Shown here in pieces: positions 21,764-33,183 of a stretch of 64,000 nucleotides of DNA. Position numbers and translations under genes: made by a program. Origin of the DNA: an uncultured Acidobacteriota bacterium (GTDB lineage Bacteria; Acidobacteriota; Blastocatellia; RBC074). Below the pieces are notes generated by a model. That model was given only the letters and a program-made list of their open reading frames with translations, was not told the DNA's origin and ran no database searches. Location of the stretch: positions 1,056,001 to 1,120,000 of the forward strand of contig CAWCKY010000003.1 of NCBI GenBank assembly GCA_963796275.1, written 5' to 3'. Numbering within the stretch: the stretch's first letter is position 1; each line of letters begins with the position of its first letter.

Positions 21764-22085
21764 TCATGGATGTATTTGAGAAACCAGCCCACGTTCTATC
21801 GGTATCTCTACATACACCCAAGCTCTCAGCTACAACTCTAAGTGTTGATAGCTGTTTGAATCCAATCGACATCAAAAAGGCGTATTCTCATTACCCGGAT
21901 GCTTCGGTTGACTGGGAAACGAAACATCAGTCCTATACACCCGGGGATCGGAAGTGACGGCTCTTTTTCAGGTCATCTTTCTTTCAGCTACAGATACGGC
22001 GCGGACGGTTGAGGAGATTGACGCAGTTGATTGAAGATTGATCAAAAATTTATCGGTCGGTTATTGAATAGTTCTTGACGAGTTA

Positions 22086-22919
22086 TTGGAGGAAGTAGTG
22101 CCCCGAACAGAAAAGCGCTTCTATGCATTTGGCTCGTTTCGTCTCGACCTCAACGCGCGCGTCTTGATGCGCGATTCCGATATAGTTCCGCTGACGCCGA
22201 AAGCCGTGGACACACTGGTAGTGCTGGTCGAGAGGTGCGGCGAACTGGTTGGTCGCAGCGAGCTGCTCAGGGCGGTCTGGCCCGATGTTTTTGTCGAGGA
22301 GAACAACCTCAACTCGAACATATTCATGTTGCGGCGAGCATTCGGTGAGGAGAACTACATCGCCACCATACCGCGACGCGGCTATCGGTTCATGGCAAAT
22401 GTGGATGTGATCGTAGTTGAAACGGGAAATGAGCAAGAGGATCAGCCACCCGCAAATGGAATATCTATAGTTCCCACTCAGAGGCCGAAAACGTCAATTA
22501 GATCTCTGGTCATTTTTCCATTCAAATCTCTCACGGACGATGGTTGCGACGGCGGCCTCGGAATGGGATTGGCTGATGCGCTGATCACCCGCCTGAGCAA
22601 TCAGCGAGACGTGGTAGTCCGACCGACAAGCGCTGTGGCCAAATTTCGCGGGCTGGATCAGGATCCCATCAGCACTGGCCGTGAGCTGGACGTTGAGCTC
22701 ATTTTGGAAGGGAACATCCAGCGCGCGTGTGATCGCATACGTGTGACCGTCCAACTGGTTCGTGTTTCCAGCGGCGTATCGATCTGGGCTGAGAAATTTG
22801 ATGATCGTTTTACCGACATCTTCGCATTCGAGGACGCTATCTCTGAGCGGATCGCTGATGCGCTCTCCGCTCGGATGTTTGAAGATGAGCTTGACTGGGA
22901 CAGGCGCGCCGCCGCATAG
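22086..22919 (+). CDS. CadC/ToxR-like winged-helix regulator with TolB_N-like domain and no TPRs
   Basis: FGSFRLD, LTPKA, VWPDVFVEENNL, TIPRRGYRF; SLVIFPF..GLADALITRL. Confidence 0.88.
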   Translation: MEEVVPRTEKRFYAFGSFRLDLNARVLMRDSDIVPLTPKAVDTLVVLVERCGELVGRSELLRAVWPDVFVEENNLNSNIFMLRRAFGEENYIATIPRRGYRFMANVDVIVVETGNEQEDQPPANGISIVPTQRPKTSIRSLVIFPFKSLTDDGCDGGLGMGLADALITRLSNQRDVVVRPTSAVAKFRGLDQDPISTGRELDVELILEGNIQRACDRIRVTVQLVRVSSGVSIWAEKFDDRFTDIFAFEDAISERIADALSARMFEDELDWDRRAAA

Positions 22920-22927
22920 GCTGCATT

Positions 22928-23295
22928 AACATTTATCATTTAACATTTGTGATTTGTGATTTGTGATTTGTGATTTGTGATTTGTGATTTGTGATTGAAG
23001 AGATGCAGTTAATGAGCTTCAGGCAACCAGCCTTACAAAGATTGCCTGCTTAGCTTCCGCTGAGCCGCGACGCTATGGATGTATCCCGGCGTTTCAATGC
23101 TTGTCATTTGCCCAAACTTTCGCACGAAATGTATACCTTCTTCGTCGCTACGCGATGATGGATGCCGTGCGGCGTTGAATCGCCGGATTAGACTCATCCC
23201 TGCCGCTACGCGGCAATTCGGCGTGGGCGTTAAACGTCAAACTGAATGTCAATAAACGACAAATCACAAATCAAAAATGTTAAATGATAAATGTT
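22928..23295. repeat. Heptamer inverted-repeat shell (TTTGTGA)n/(TCACAAA)n enclosing degenerate REP-like cargo
   Basis: aacatttatcatttaacattt pairs with aaatgttaaatgataaatgtt; inner cgtcgctacgcgatg and gccgctacgcggc palindromes. Confidence 0.75.
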
Positions 23296-23319
23296 ATTCT
23301 TCTTCGGTTCTTGATCGAG

Positions 23320-24357
23320 TTACACAAATTTGACTTTGCAGCTTCCATCGATTATTTCGCCGATGACGTAGAACGGTTCGCGGGCGGCATTAAGCTGGTC
23401 CTGCACGAACTGCAGGAATGCCGGGTTGGTAATGACGATCATTCCGATCCCCATATTGAACGTCCGCAGCATCTCATCGCGCGGCACATTGCCGATTTTA
23501 CGCAGCAATTCAAAGATGGGCAGGCACGGCCAACTGCCTTCCTTGATCTCCGCATCGACGTTGCTCGGTAGTATGCGAGGAATATTTTCGACGAGGCCGC
23601 CGCCTGTGATATGCGCCAGGCCTTTGATGACGCCTTCGTGTTCGATCAATCGATTGAGGGCGGGCAGATAGTTTTTATGTCCTTTTAACAGTTCTTCGCC
23701 GATCGTGCATGCGAGATCGGGCATGAAGGTATCGAGCTGTAAGCCGCCCCTGTCGAAGAGCGTCTTGCGAGCCAGGCTGTACCCGTTCGTGTGCAGTCCT
23801 ATCGACGGCAATCCGATGATGATGTCGCCCTCGGTTATGCGCGATCCGTTGATGATCATGCGGCGATCTACCACGCCGACGATGAAACCCGCGAGATCGT
23901 ATTCGCCATCTCGGTAAAACTCAGGCATTTCCGCCGTTTCGCCGCCGATGAGCGCGCAATCGCCTTCGCGGCAGCCGCGCGCCAAACCGTCGAGTATTTG
24001 CTCGATGACATCGGGATCGAGTTTGCTGATGGCGATATAGTCGAGGAAGAAGAGAGGTTTTGCGCCTTGAACCAGGATGTCGTTGATGCAGTGCGAGACG
24101 AGATCGTGCCCTACCGTGTTATGGATTCCTGTGGCGAATGCGACCTTCAGTTTTGTGCCGACGCCGTCGCAACTCGCGACAAGCACCGGTTCGCGGCCCT
24201 CGGCGAACACTCCTTTGAACATTCCGCCGAAACTGCCGATTTCGGACAGGACATTTTCATTGAATGTCGTTCGCGCCAGCTTCTTGATGCGCGCAGTGGC
24301 GATGTTTGCAGCATCGATATCTACGCCTGCGTCTTTGTAGGTGATCGGTTCGGTCAT
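23320..24357 (-). CDS. purM: AIR synthase
   Basis: YKDAGVDI, DGVGTK, GGETAEMP, HITGGG, TFNMGIG. Confidence 0.97.
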   Translation of the reverse strand: MTEPITYKDAGVDIDAANIATARIKKLARTTFNENVLSEIGSFGGMFKGVFAEGREPVLVASCDGVGTKLKVAFATGIHNTVGHDLVSHCINDILVQGAKPLFFLDYIAISKLDPDVIEQILDGLARGCREGDCALIGGETAEMPEFYRDGEYDLAGFIVGVVDRRMIINGSRITEGDIIIGLPSIGLHTNGYSLARKTLFDRGGLQLDTFMPDLACTIGEELLKGHKNYLPALNRLIEHEGVIKGLAHITGGGLVENIPRILPSNVDAEIKEGSWPCLPIFELLRKIGNVPRDEMLRTFNMGIGMIVITNPAFLQFVQDQLNAAREPFYVIGEIIDGSCKVKFV

Positions 24358-24406
24358 ATACTGATGCTACCGGTTATTCTGGTTGTGCGGTAATACGCTG
24401 AATGGT

Positions 24407-25843
24407 TCAATCGGATGCGAATGTCAGCGCCGATTCTTCTTCTCGTTCTCTCATCGTCTGCACGTTAGCGCCGAGCGGCGTCGGGTATCGCCCGGTGTAA
24501 CACGCCGTACAGAACTTGCTCTCGTTCGGGTCTCCTCCCGTCTCTCCGCAGGCCTCCAGCAGCCCTTTCATACTCAGATAGCCGAGCGAATCGGCGCCGA
24601 TGTATTTGCATATTTCATTGATCGAAAATTGTGCCGCGATCAGCTCTTCGTGAGTCGGCGTGTCCACGCCGTAATAGCATGGTCCGATAGTCGGGGGACA
24701 ACTGATGCGCATGTGCACTTCCCGCGCGCCGGCGTCGCGCACCATCTTGACGATCTTCTGCGATGTCGTCCCGCGCACAATCGAATCATCGATGAGCACG
24801 ACGCGGTGTCCTTCGATAAGGTCGCGCACGGGATTGAGCTTGATCTTGACGCCGAAGTGGCGAATCTGAGACCGCGGTTCGATGAACGTGCGGCCGATGT
24901 AATGGTTGCGTACCAGGCCGAAGCGAAACTTGAGGCCAGATTCGGACGCATAGCCGATCGCCGCCGCCACGCCGGAATCCGGCACAGGCACCACCAGATC
25001 TGCATCCGCCGGACATTCGCGCGCGAGATAACGGCCCAAGAGGTGCCGGCTCTTGTTCACGCTGCGTCCGAAGACGATGGAATCAGGGCGCGAGAAATAG
25101 ACGTGTTCGAAGATGCAGTGCTTGATCGGTTTCTCCGGGAACGGATGGAGAGAATGCAGACCGTTGCCATCGATGACGACGATCTCGCCTGGTTCCACAT
25201 CCCGAATATACTCCGCCCCGATCAGGTCGAATGCGCACGTCTCCGAAGCGAAAACGGTCGCGCCTGCGAGCCTCCCCATACACAGAGGGCGAAACCCGCG
25301 CGGATCCCGCACCGCGACGATGCTATCGGGAGTGGCGAAGAGCATGGAAAACGCGCCGTCGTCACCGATCAGGGCTTCGATGATCGCATCTATCAGATTG
25401 GCCGCGCGCGAACGGGCTATGCGGTGAAGAACTACTTCCGTGTCGGATGTAGAGGAGAAGATCGCTCCCTCCCGTTCGAGCTGTAGGCGCGCATCTGTGG
25501 CGTCAGGCAGGTTCCCGTTGTGGCACAGTGCGATCTGGCCGAAACTGCATTTGACTGAAAAGGGCTGGGCCTCGTTGATGCTTACTTTCCCGGCGGTCGA
25601 GTAACGAACGTGGCCGATGGCTGAATTACCCTGTAACCGCGCCAGATTGTCTTCCGCGAATATGTCGCTGACGTGTCCCATACCTCGCTCGGCGTAGAGA
25701 CGAATGCCATCGGATGATACGATTCCTGCCGATTCCTGCCCGCGATGTTGCAGCGAGAAAAGGCCCAGGTATGTAAGGCGCGCGGCTTCTTCGTGACCGA
25801 AGATACCGAAGACGCCACATTCTTCTCTGAATTTATCGAACAT
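24407..25843 (-). CDS. purF: Amidophosphoribosyltransferase (Fe-S type)
   Basis: EECGVFG, QHRGQESAG, DDSIVRGTT, CTAC. Confidence 0.97.
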   Translation of the reverse strand: MFDKFREECGVFGIFGHEEAARLTYLGLFSLQHRGQESAGIVSSDGIRLYAERGMGHVSDIFAEDNLARLQGNSAIGHVRYSTAGKVSINEAQPFSVKCSFGQIALCHNGNLPDATDARLQLEREGAIFSSTSDTEVVLHRIARSRAANLIDAIIEALIGDDGAFSMLFATPDSIVAVRDPRGFRPLCMGRLAGATVFASETCAFDLIGAEYIRDVEPGEIVVIDGNGLHSLHPFPEKPIKHCIFEHVYFSRPDSIVFGRSVNKSRHLLGRYLARECPADADLVVPVPDSGVAAAIGYASESGLKFRFGLVRNHYIGRTFIEPRSQIRHFGVKIKLNPVRDLIEGHRVVLIDDSIVRGTTSQKIVKMVRDAGAREVHMRISCPPTIGPCYYGVDTPTHEELIAAQFSINEICKYIGADSLGYLSMKGLLEACGETGGDPNESKFCTACYTGRYPTPLGANVQTMREREEESALTFASD

Positions 25844-26040
25844 TATCTAAATGCCTTGTTACTTCGTTTTTCAAAGATTGACTCTATAAATATTTGTCCG
25901 GTCCGATTTATAGTTAGCAGCGTGTAAGTGTGAACGAGTTTGGCTGAGTTGACAAGATGTGGGACATTTGTTTGACACAAAGATGCAGAAGAGGAGAGAA
26001 AAACTTTGCATCTCTGCGTCATATCTCAGTAAATCCGCAA

Positions 26041-26805
26041 TCACAGAGCTGTTGCGCCGCCGTCTACCACAAAAACCTGCCCGGTGACGAACGAAGACTC
26101 ATCGGAAGCCAGGTAGAGCGCCAGCCCGCCAATCTCATCCGGCCGTCCCACCCGAGATATCGGCTGGTTGGCCTCGATCTGATTCATGTAACTCTCGTTT
26201 TTCCAGAAAAACTCGCTGAAATCGGTTTCGATCAATCCGGGAGCAATCGCGTTGACCCGGATATTTTCGCGGCCGAATTCCACCGCCCAGTTGCGCGTCA
26301 TCATTATCAGGGCTGCTTTCGTAGCGCTGTAGAGCAACCCGCCCTTCTGCGGTCTTAAACCCGCAATCGAAGCGATATTGACGATCGAGCCGCCGCTCTT
26401 GCGCGCTATCATCTTAGGCACCGTGAGACGAATGAGTCGAACCGCGGACACGACATTGATCTCGAACATCTTTGCGAGCATCTCATCGGTTACCTCGATC
26501 GCCGGTCCCTGGCCGATATTAGTCGCGCTGTTATTGACCAGAATATCCACCGGACCGAGTTGTTTCTCGGTCTCGCTCACCAGATTCTCCAGGTCGGTTA
26601 GTCGCCCGACGTGGCACGCGATGGGGACGATTTTGCCTGGCAGCGAGGAGAACTCTTTCGCTGTCGCTTCGAGGTTCTCTAATTTGCGGCTGGCTATGGC
26701 GACCCCGGCCCCGGCTTCCGCGAGACGCCTGGTTATCGCTTTGCCGATGCCGCGCCCGCCTCCGGTGACGATGGCCACTTTGCCGGTAAGGTCGATCGCG
26801 TTCAT
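26041..26805 (-). CDS. Short-chain dehydrogenase/reductase
   Basis: [20 protein letters not shown]. Confidence 0.93.
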   Translation of the reverse strand: MNAIDLTGKVAIVTGGGRGIGKAITRRLAEAGAGVAIASRKLENLEATAKEFSSLPGKIVPIACHVGRLTDLENLVSETEKQLGPVDILVNNSATNIGQGPAIEVTDEMLAKMFEINVVSAVRLIRLTVPKMIARKSGGSIVNIASIAGLRPQKGGLLYSATKAALIMMTRNWAVEFGRENIRVNAIAPGLIETDFSEFFWKNESYMNQIEANQPISRVGRPDEIGGLALYLASDESSFVTGQVFVVDGGATAL

Positions 26806-26920
26806 TGTTGATGAATCTCCTTTTATTATTGCTGTGTTTGGGCGTGGACCATAACGCTATCGTTGAAACCGCGGACTGTCAAGACAGTTGACAATCGCGT
26901 CGAACAATATCAAATTTCCA

Positions 26921-27125
26921 GATCCTGCCGGATTTTGTGGGGTAGCCATGCAGCGCCAGGTGTCAGTAGCTTTGACAGAAAAATTTAATCGGCTCCGGCG
27001 CGGCAACAGGTGCAGGCTCTCGGGCCGCTTCTCACGGAACGCGTGAGAGTTTTTCTAGCCGGAGATATAAATGTTCGCGCTGCTGGCGATCTCCAAATTT
27101 CCAACCCACAAAAATCCGCAGGGTC
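26921..27125. repeat. MITE-like element with imperfect terminal inverted repeats and a decayed REP-like interior
   Basis: gatcctgccggattttgtggg ... cccacaaaaatccgcagggtc. Confidence 0.55.
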
Positions 27126-27177
27126 AGCAAATTTTCAACTATCAAAATTTCAGATCTCAAACTAAGGGGAGATAACA

Positions 27178-28620
27178 ATGGAAGCTTCTGCCAAAAGCAA
27201 CATCAAGATTCACGATAAGCTCTACATCGATGGACGGTGGATAAAACCAAGCGGGTCTGGGCTTATTGATGTGATAAATTCGACGACTGAAGAAGTCATG
27301 GGACGGATCCCCGAGGGGACGCCAGCGGACGTCAAACTGGCTGTGAGTGCGGCCAGGGCGGCATTTCAGGGATGGTCTGCGTTGCCGGTCGAGGACCGCG
27401 CCAGATACCTGCAGCAAATCTCGGAAAAACTCGCAGCTCGCAGGGACGAAATCGCGTCTGTTATCGCGAATGAAGTCGGAATGCCTCTGCCTCTCGCGAC
27501 CGCGGTTCAGGCGGGGATGCCCGCAATGGTTATGGGATCGTATGCCAAGCTGCTCGGCGATTTCCAGTTTGAAGAGAAGATCGGCAATGCGCAGGTCATG
27601 AAAGAGCCGGTCGGTGTGGTGGGGTGCATCACGCCGTGGAACTTTCCCCTGCATCAGGTCGTGGCCAAGGTCGCGCCGGCCCTGGCCGCAGGATGCACGG
27701 TGGTGCTCAAGCCGAGCGAAGTCGCGCCACTGACGGCATTCATTCTCGCTGAAATAATCGACGATGCCGGATTGCCCGCGGGCGTCTTCAATCTGGTCAC
27801 AGGCTATGGCCCGGTAGTCGGCGAAGCCATCGCCTCACACGCGGATGTCGATATGGTTTCATTCACCGGCTCGACTCGGGCGGGCAAGCGCGTGAGCGAG
27901 CTTGCTGCCACGACGATCAAGCGCGTCTCGCTCGAGCTCGGAGGCAAATCGGCGAATATCATTCTCGACGATGCCGATCTTGAACAGGCAGTCGCTAATG
28001 GCGTCGGCAATTGTTATTTCAATTCAGGGCAAACCTGTTCCGCGTTGACCAGGATGCTCGTCCCCAAGTCACGACACGACGAGGCTGCTGCCATCGCCAG
28101 ACGTGTCGCCGAGAGCTTCACGGTGGGCGATCCGACCGAGGGCAAATACAAGCTCGGGCCGCTCGTTTCAGCCGCACAGCGAGAGCGCGTCGTCAATTAC
28201 ATAAAAAAGGGAGTAGCCGATGGCGCGACGCTCATCGCGGGCGGTGCAGAAATGCCCGAAGGTATGACAAAAGGTTACTTCGTGCGCCCGACGGTCTTCG
28301 CCAACGTCCGAAACGATATGACGATCGCGCAGGAAGAGATATTCGGGCCCGTGCTTTCAATCATTCCATACGAGGATGAGGACGACGCCGTACGGATCGC
28401 AAACGATACGATATATGGCCTGGGAGGAGGCGTGTGGTCCGGCGATCCTGAAAGGGCCAAACGGGTAGCGCGCCGGTTGCGGACGGGCCAGGTCGAGATA
28501 AACGGCGGCAAGTTCAACCCGCTGGCGCCGTTTGGCGGTTACAAACAATCGGGCAATGGCCGCGAGCTTGGGAGATACGGTTTGGAAGAATATCTCGAAG
28601 TCAAAGCGATGTTACTGTAG
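27178..28620 (+). CDS. NAD-dependent aldehyde dehydrogenase
   Basis: ITPWNFP, FTGST, LELGGKS, NSGQTC, EEIFGPV. Confidence 0.96.
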   Translation: MEASAKSNIKIHDKLYIDGRWIKPSGSGLIDVINSTTEEVMGRIPEGTPADVKLAVSAARAAFQGWSALPVEDRARYLQQISEKLAARRDEIASVIANEVGMPLPLATAVQAGMPAMVMGSYAKLLGDFQFEEKIGNAQVMKEPVGVVGCITPWNFPLHQVVAKVAPALAAGCTVVLKPSEVAPLTAFILAEIIDDAGLPAGVFNLVTGYGPVVGEAIASHADVDMVSFTGSTRAGKRVSELAATTIKRVSLELGGKSANIILDDADLEQAVANGVGNCYFNSGQTCSALTRMLVPKSRHDEAAAIARRVAESFTVGDPTEGKYKLGPLVSAAQRERVVNYIKKGVADGATLIAGGAEMPEGMTKGYFVRPTVFANVRNDMTIAQEEIFGPVLSIIPYEDEDDAVRIANDTIYGLGGGVWSGDPERAKRVARRLRTGQVEINGGKFNPLAPFGGYKQSGNGRELGRYGLEEYLEVKAMLL

Positions 28621-28729
28621 CCGGCGGGGAGAACACATAACAGAAGAACACATAAATGACAAAGAACACAAAAGTGATTTTTTTGCGTTTTTTGTCTTTT
28701 ATGTGTTTTTCTTTTTTGCAGCTGATCGT

Positions 28730-29656
28730 CTACAGGGAATGAAGTTTTCTTGCGACGGGCGCCAATTTCTGCATCTGATCGTCGGAAATTGCAGACAGAT
28801 AAGGCGGCACCGGCCCGCTCTCTGCGATGCCGGCAAGCTGGGTTGCAAAATGGAGTACCTTCGCCGGACTCCACGCATCCCGTATGTCCTCGAGCGGCAG
28901 AAACTCCGCCCTCAATTTCTGGGCTTCATCGAACTCGCCGCGCTTGCACGCTTCGAAGATGGCCCCGCTCAAACGCGGCGCGATGCAGCCCGAACCTGTG
29001 GTGAAGCCTGGAAGCTTCCAATCGCGCATGTGCACGACCGCGGGGCGTTCACCGATTCCGCTCACCACACGATGGCGATCCACTCTCTTGAGCAGTGATT
29101 CGAGATATGCATCCTGCGCGGGGTCCGGTCTGACTACCGCGTACTTTATCCAGGCGCACAATCCTTCATCGACCAATCGCGCGACGACATCCAGCCCGGC
29201 TTCTTTATCCGATCCGAAATTGTTCTCTTCTTTGAGGTAGAGAATGAGAGGGGTTGCTGCGGCATCGGCTATCTCACGCAAGCCCTTTTCTAGCCCGGCA
29301 GCATCGCGCGGGTCGCCGCACGGTAGCATCATTGCACATGGGAATTTGTGCCGGCGCAATAGCGCGGCCTGATCGATAGCGCGCCCGTAGGATGGCCCGA
29401 AACTGGGAATAGCCCAATAATCGTCGGGAAACTCTGCCAGCCAGGCTAGCAGCGACTCATATTCAGCCAGAGTTATGTGATAGAGGAATGCATTGCCTCC
29501 GTAAAGGAACCGCCGCAGCCCTCCTTCAGCGATATGGCCCACGATCTTGTCATTCTGTGCGAAATCGATCGAACGGCGTGAATCGTTTTTACGCGCCAGG
29601 GGCGGTACGGGAAAGACGCCCTGCAAATCTGCGAGTGTTACGGGTGTTGTTTTCAT
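28730..29656 (-). CDS. Dihydrodipicolinate synthase-family aldolase/dehydratase
   Basis: GVFPVPPL, LYGGNA, LILYLK and the Schiff-base Lys in WIKYA. Confidence 0.82.
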   Translation of the reverse strand: MKTTPVTLADLQGVFPVPPLARKNDSRRSIDFAQNDKIVGHIAEGGLRRFLYGGNAFLYHITLAEYESLLAWLAEFPDDYWAIPSFGPSYGRAIDQAALLRRHKFPCAMMLPCGDPRDAAGLEKGLREIADAAATPLILYLKEENNFGSDKEAGLDVVARLVDEGLCAWIKYAVVRPDPAQDAYLESLLKRVDRHRVVSGIGERPAVVHMRDWKLPGFTTGSGCIAPRLSGAIFEACKRGEFDEAQKLRAEFLPLEDIRDAWSPAKVLHFATQLAGIAESGPVPPYLSAISDDQMQKLAPVARKLHSL

Positions 29657-29671
29657 GTTTATCGCTCATAT

Positions 29672-32600
29672 TTATTGGCCGCCCATCGATGCCCTCCTGG
29701 ACGACGGCGATCGCTTGGGAGGCTGTGCGGTCTTGATTTCGGTGACCTGCGCATTGATTCGCACTTCAACCAGGTTGAAATAACTCTGTCCATTCTCATC
29801 AGGATCGAGCTTAGTCTTTCGCACGCGCACGAAACGGTAGCTTCCCGTGTCTTTCACCGCGGCCTGGAAGCTATGTCTGAAGGTGATCGGGGTTTCGCCC
29901 TGCGAAGCAAGCAGAGTCGAAGTCTCGAAGTTGAGATCGTTCGATCCGCGGACTTCAAAATTGCGGCGCGTCGTAACCTGATCCTTGTCGTCACGAAAGA
30001 ATATCTCGATAGAACTTATGCGATAACCCTTGCTCAGGTCAACCTGCCACCACTCGATCTCCCCTCTGTCGGTGCCTGAGTGCCATGCGGAAAACTTGCC
30101 GGCCTTCACCCCTTCTCCATCATTTCCGGCGCTTGAATAACCGATGATCTCCGGCCACGTGGTCACGCTGGATGCCATAGTGGGTCGTTTGAGCGCAACA
30201 TTAGCAGTCCTGGTGTTGGTCACGACTGGCACGTAGGGCTTTGGAGGCGACGGCTCGGGCTCGCTCGAAATCAATGCCATCGACTGGTCGGCCGGTTTCA
30301 AGCGGGGCGCCGGACCGTATAGTGCCAGATCGCTCAGATAATCCGAGACGGTCAGCCCCATTTCACCGTAGACTTTCGGGGCCGTACCAGGGAAGAGCGG
30401 AGAACGGAAGTTGATGACTCCGCGGCTCATCGGCTGAACGCTCTTATCCTCCGGAAGGTCCCGATAGAAAGCGTAATGGCGGAATAATTCGCCGGCCCTA
30501 GCCCACAGGTCCATCCGTTTCTCGATCCGCGCAGCAGTCGTCAGCACCGGAAGGCAGAGGCCCGCGAGCGCGAGGGAGCGGTCTTCCGAAGGTTTTTCGG
30601 GGTACCAGAAGTATGAAACTGCCGCCGGTATATATGTACCGTCGACAACCACTCGTCCCGGCTTCAGCGGGGGATTTTTCCCGTTGCTGACCAGCCAGTC
30701 TGCCACCCGCACCAGGAACTTAGCTGCGCGTTGGTCATCCGTATCTCTCCAGTATTCGATCACACCGAGCAACGAATAGCACCATGCCCATACCTGTACA
30801 CCCTGAATCACATCCGGCGCGCGATTGAGGTAGTATCCTTTGCGCCCGTGAGATTCTTCGGCTTCTATTAAGAGATTGATGTTAGCGCGGGCCCGGTCGA
30901 GGTAATTATTTTCACCCGTGTAACGGTAGGCGACCACCAAGCCCAGCGTAGGCCACCCCACCCACCGCGGTTCGTTCCAGCCTAAAGCGTTGGCGAAAGT
31001 GAACTTCATGGCAGCAAACGCATCGCTGTTTTCGATCGCCGATTCGCGCACGGCTTCATCGCCGGTCAATGCCCAATAGAGCCACATCCCTTCGATCCAC
31101 TGGTGACTCGGCACAGGTTCGCGGAAACTGCCGTGATCGCCTTTTTCGTAAAACGCCTGGCCCTTGAGATTCCACGTGCGTTCGCGATCAAAGTAATCGC
31201 TGGCGCGATGCTGCCCCCAGTCGGCACGGTACCGCGCCATCTCGCCCCCGAGCTGAAACGCGCGCGCGTCACCGGTCCGCAGGTATTCGCGCAGCAGAAT
31301 GAAGGGCAGATCGTAATGTACGTTCGCGAAACCCTCTGCCCACGCCAGATCGCCGAAATGGCGCCAGCCGAACTGCTCGCCATTTTCCCCGCGTAGCCGA
31401 TATTCGAAGATTGACATCGCCGGAATCGGGCCCGCCGCCTCACTCTCTTCGACGGCATAACTCGACGCGAGCATCCGCTCGAATCTCATCGCCGCCTCGC
31501 CGAGTTGCGAGTCCTTGATGTATTCCGTCGCCCAATTGCGCTTCTCCACGTAGCTGGGGCGCACCGCATCGGTCGTCGCGGTATAAGCCGGGTCGACAGT
31601 CGCCAGCGTGGAATTGGTCAGCGCGGATGCCGCGACAGTTCCCCGGCCGAGATAGAAATCTATCGTCTTTGAGCGTGCACCGTCGAAGATGTGATCGGTG
31701 CCAATGTCCGGCAGCACGTCGAACCGCAATCCCTCTTTGGATGCTTGCAAGCCCCTGGGAAAGTTTTCCGCGAACTCTGGGACTGCGATCTCCATCGTAC
31801 CGGCTGTGATCGAAGCCGCGGTTTCCTTCTGCGCTATAAGAGCATGAGCTTCGGTTGCATTCAGGACCTCAGTCCTGCCAGATCCGGATGCGGTAGTCGG
31901 AACCCATACGGACAGGCTGCGCAGAAGCGCGTGCTGGGCATACGGTTCCTGCAGCGTACGAGATCCGCCAAAACCGTAGGCGCCGTTGTTCATCAGGCGC
32001 AGACGAACGCGAATGAATGGCTCCCCGGCATAAATGTAATACCGTAAGGTGAAGGCGAGCGTGGGAGGCGTTTTTCCCAGCCGGCTTCTGAAGCTGCCAT
32101 CCTGACGTACGACTGCGCGCAATTCGTTAGTCTCTTCAATGCTGGTGCGCTCGACGACCGCGGTCGCATCGCGGTTGACTCCATCCGCTACGAATAATTG
32201 CTCTCCGACGGTGTGCGGAGATTTGAGCGGCTGGGTGAATTGCACCAGCTGACCGCGGATTTGCCTGATAATCGCGACTTCCTGCTCGATGCTCAGATCG
32301 CGTATGATGCTTCCGGCGGTGTGCTCATACTTGAGCGCCGTGGCAGCCTGTAAATCGCCGGGTTGTGCCGATTTGATTTCGATCTCTTCCTGGCGCGGCG
32401 TTCCTTCGGAGAGGCGATAACGGCGGCCCGCCGCAAAACTCTGATCGTTCGTGACGATCCGCGATGTGGCGGCGGCGGAGTTCCATTTCAAAGTGCTTGT
32501 ATGCTCGAAACGCACTTTGTCGCCGGAACTGAGGAGGGAAGCGTCGGTAACATAAACCGAATCAAGCGATGTGCCTTTCGCCTGCCCCAACTGTACGATA

Positions 32601-33128
32601 ATCGCGCGAGGCGGCAAGCTCAATTGAACTTCCATGGGACCACGCAGCATCTCCTTGCCATCCAGCTTGAAAGTCTTGAGCAATCGGGTTCCCGGCTTAG
32701 AAAATTCGAGTTCAAGTCTTGAATTGCCGACGCGCAAATTACCGCCCATTTCGCTAATGGTAACCGGAGTAATTTTGATATGCGGAGCGCGGACGAGAAA
32801 GTGGACGCCGGGGGCTGAAGGTTTGAAATCGACCAGCAGCCATTTAACAGATTTATCGGAATCGGGTTTACCTCGCCAGCGCGCGAGCACGCGGGTTTTC
32901 GTGGGTATCTGGGTCCCATTTGAATCGACGATGACAAGTTGCGTCGCATCGAGTAACTTATCGTCTTCACCGAATGGCACACCGATGGTTATCGGCAGCG
33001 AGGGATCTGTTGACTGTGATCGGCACGCTGATATCCGAGGGTTGCGTTTGCGAATAGACTGAGGTGAGCCGGGGTGGAGATTCCACGGCAACCAGTCCCA
33101 AAGCAAGAAAGAAAAGAACGCTTCTCAT
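29672..33128 (-). CDS. Large secreted polysaccharide-lyase-like protein (exo-rhamnogalacturonan lyase/YetA-like) with C-terminal discoidin (F5/8C) domain; frameshift near the N-terminus
   Basis: PITIGVPF, RW..SVKWLLVDF, GWRHFGD, SHQWIEG, WWQVDL; signal peptide lies in another frame from ATG 33128. Confidence 0.6.
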
Positions 33129-33183
33129 TATGGCAGAATGTGACATATTGTAGGATCATCTACTGCAATAGTATTTGAAGACT

